Below, one piece after another: positions 34,456-36,061 of a DNA stretch of 36,061 nt. The number at the start of each line of letters is the position of its first letter. The stretch's first letter is position 1. Under the pieces are notes generated by a model, which saw only the letters and a program-made list of their open reading frames with translations, was not told where the DNA came from and ran no database searches. This stretch comes from a virus (Duplodnaviria > Heunggongvirae > Uroviricota > Caudoviricetes). The stretch covers positions 1-36,061 of IMG/VR virus record IMGVR_UViG_2778261222_000004. One strand, 5' to 3'. The position numbers and the translations under genes are program-made.

Positions 34456-34533
34456 AAGCATGTATCAAATGCGTGACTGAATAATGTCTGCGTTCAGGAT
34501 ATGCACAACAGAGTGTTGAAATTAGTCAACGTA

Positions 34534-34563
34534 TTGAAGCAAGAAAAAAAAGCAGGCTAGAAT
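34534..34563 (+). promoter_or_regulatory. candidate sigma-70 promoter upstream of the hok-like gene
   Basis: TTGAAG (34534-34539), 18-bp spacer, TAGAAT (34558-34563). Confidence 0.3.
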
Positions 34564-34719
34564 TCACGCGGACACCTTTCGACTGATGGCTGGACAGCAA
34601 ACACGAAGGCCAGATGTAAAAAGGCCCAACTAAACCTTATGTTCAACTCTGGGCGTTTCACAACGTAATCAATAAGCGGGCAAGAGCTTAGCGCCTTTGC
34701 AAAAAAAGGAGCAAGTGCT

Positions 34720-34860
34720 ATGTCGCAAAAATCGCTTATAGCCATCACGTTCTGCGTGACGGCAATCCTCATCATCTGGATGCTGCACGGTTCGCTGTGC
34801 GAGATACGGATGAGCTTCTGGGGAGCGGAGTTTGCGGCGTTCTTACAGTGTAAGCAGTAA
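34720..34860 (+). CDS. hok: Hok/Gef-family type I toxin (small membrane peptide)
   Basis: 46-aa ORF not in the ORF track; RBS AAGGAG 8 nt upstream; N-terminal TM helix (LIAITFCVTAILIIWML) followed by the Hok signature SLCEIR and a periplasmic tail containing ...EFAAF...C. Confidence 0.65.
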   Translation: MSQKSLIAITFCVTAILIIWMLHGSLCEIRMSFWGAEFAAFLQCKQ

Positions 34861-34869
34861 GGAAACCGC

Positions 34870-34891
34870 GACGGGGGAGTAATCCCCCGTC
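34870..34891 (+). other. strong 9-bp hairpin with GNRA-type loop immediately 3' of the hok-like ORF
   Basis: GACGGGGGA - GTAA - TCCCCCGTC; positioned like the 3' fold-back elements of hok mRNAs. Confidence 0.45.
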
Positions 34892-34947
34892 AATCGGTTG
34901 CTAAGGTTGGCTGAAGTGGCACCCTATCTCACAGACATGAACAACAA

Positions 34948-34980
34948 ACCCGCAGCGTAAAAACTGCGGGTTTTCTTTTT
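34948..34980 (+). terminator. rho-independent terminator of the hok-like transcript
   Basis: Stem ACCCGCAG / CTGCGGGT with 8-nt loop followed by TTTTCTTTTT. Confidence 0.7.
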
Positions 34981-35112
34981 GTTGCCCTCACAAATGAGGG
35001 TGACACTATTCGTAAGCAATAGGCATGACAGATCGATGCAATAAATCCGAACGATAAAAACGATCGATTTGTTATCATATCGGCAGCAGTAACCACACAA
35101 GAGGTGCCGCAA

Positions 35113-35325
35113 ATGACGCAAAATGTACGATGCAAAAATTGCAACAAACTACTTGCCCGCGCCTCATTTCACTACATTGAAATAAAATGTCCGCGCTGCA
35201 AAACACTTAACCAGATAACGAGAGCCATTGAGCACCCCACACACATGAGGAGTTATGACCGTGGGGATCGCAATCCAGCACCAACCAGCACATACACCGG
35301 AACACACCAAGGTTTATCAGACTGA
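35113..35325 (+). CDS. com: Com-like zinc-finger translational activator (Mu Com family)
   Basis: N-terminal RCKNCNKLL ... IEIKCPRCK matches the Mu Com zinc finger almost exactly; ATG 35113 with AAGAGG upstream; 3' end overlaps the methyltransferase start as com overlaps mom in Mu. Confidence 0.8.
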   Translation: MTQNVRCKNCNKLLARASFHYIEIKCPRCKTLNQITRAIEHPTHMRSYDRGDRNPAPTSTYTGTHQGLSD

Positions 35326-36061
35326 CAATGCCACGCTCTGTCGTGGGAATGCGCTGGAAATATTGCCGCTGATTGAGCCAGAAAGCATTGATGCCTTAAT
35401 CACTGACCCACCTTACAGTTCGGGTGCGACACACAAGGCCGGACGCACCAACCAGGGCAGCCATGCAAAATATCTGAACGGCGAGAACCTTCACCGCTTT
35501 GATGGGTTCGCGGGTGAAAACATGGACGCCCGTTCGTGGGCTTACTGGACACAATTATGGATGGCACAGGCACACCGCGCAGTCAGGCCGGGCGGTTATG
35601 CCCTGGTATTTACTGACTGGCGACAACTACCAGCTTTAACCGATGCGTTTCAGGCCAGTGGCTTTACATGGCGCGGCATCATTGCGTGGAACAAGGGGAG
35701 GGGGTCACGAACACCCCATACCGGGTATTTCCGGCATCAGTGCGAATACATTGTCTGGGGCAGCAAAGGCCATTTAGATAAATCGCCTTCGGGGCCGTTC
35801 GACGGCTGCATGACGTTCCCGGTTATCCCGTCAAAGAAAATGCACCCGACCGGAAAACCAGAAGAACTAATGGCAGAGCTGGTCAGAACTGCGAATAGTG
35901 GCGGAACAGTCCTTGATCCCTTTATGGGGTCAGGAACAACGGGTGTGGCTGCACTGAAAGCAGGGCGAAAATTTATTGGTATAGAAACCAGTGATCATTA
36001 TTTTGAGGTAGCAGCGCAGCGGCTTCGGGGGACTATTACCACAACCATTTCGACTACATAA
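35255..36061 (+). CDS. orphan DNA methyltransferase (beta-class amino-MTase, N6-adenine or N4-cytosine)
   Basis: DPPY motif (DPPYSSG) near the N-terminus and FxGxG (FMGSGTTG) near the C-terminus, i.e. motif IV before motif I; no adjacent restriction gene in the window; the start could be ATG 35255 or GTG 35261. Confidence 0.85.
   Translation: MTVGIAIQHQPAHTPEHTKVYQTDNATLCRGNALEILPLIEPESIDALITDPPYSSGATHKAGRTNQGSHAKYLNGENLHRFDGFAGENMDARSWAYWTQLWMAQAHRAVRPGGYALVFTDWRQLPALTDAFQASGFTWRGIIAWNKGRGSRTPHTGYFRHQCEYIVWGSKGHLDKSPSGPFDGCMTFPVIPSKKMHPTGKPEELMAELVRTANSGGTVLDPFMGSGTTGVAALKAGRKFIGIETSDHYFEVAAQRLRGTITTTISTT

Noticed and set aside
34187-34775. Minus-strand ORFs 34187-34468 (93 aa) and 34557-34775 (72 aa) and plus ORF 34175-34369 (64 aa)
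   Set aside because: They overlap the predicted leftward terminator, the hok-like ORF or the repeat/GATC-rich region, and have low-complexity or implausible composition; the well-supported Hok-family ORF is on the opposite strand
1-36061. CRISPR array
   Set aside because: No series of regularly spaced identical direct repeats with unique spacers was seen; the repeats found are isolated pairs or triplets in intergenic regulatory regions

Overview
This window reads as a nearly complete temperate P2-like (peduovirus-type) myophage genome, bounded exactly by the stop codons of an integrase (nt 1-3) and a DNA methyltransferase (36059-36061). All homology calls below come from reading the translations by eye and recalling known families; no database search was run. 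Left to right: an immunity region (int, C-type repressor, divergent cox-like gene); an early operon of small ORFs including an Ead/Ea22-like protein and an SPFH/band-7 lipoprotein; a structured non-coding gap; a rolling-circle replication initiator (P2 A-type); an R1-type parM/parR partition cassette plus two cargo genes (one Rrf2-like); a bidirectional terminator; an Ogr-type late activator; then the P2-type packaging/head module (portal, large terminase on the minus strand, divergent scaffold, major capsid, small terminase, head completion). The tail module is not in P2 order: sheath-like and tube-like genes, an embedded lysis cassette, a tail chaperone with a -1 frameshift site, tape measure, baseplate genes, two tandem tail-fibre/chaperone pairs and three further tail-associated ORFs. 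The right end holds a GATC- and repeat-rich non-coding stretch, a Hok-family toxin ORF absent from the ORF track, and a Mu com-like gene overlapping an orphan methyltransferase. The most notable observation is the combination of plasmid-type stability functions (parMR plus hok-like) with a P2-like phage that also keeps an integrase, suggesting a phage-plasmid or similar hybrid lifestyle. Most long minus-strand ORFs antisense to the structural genes are judged spurious.
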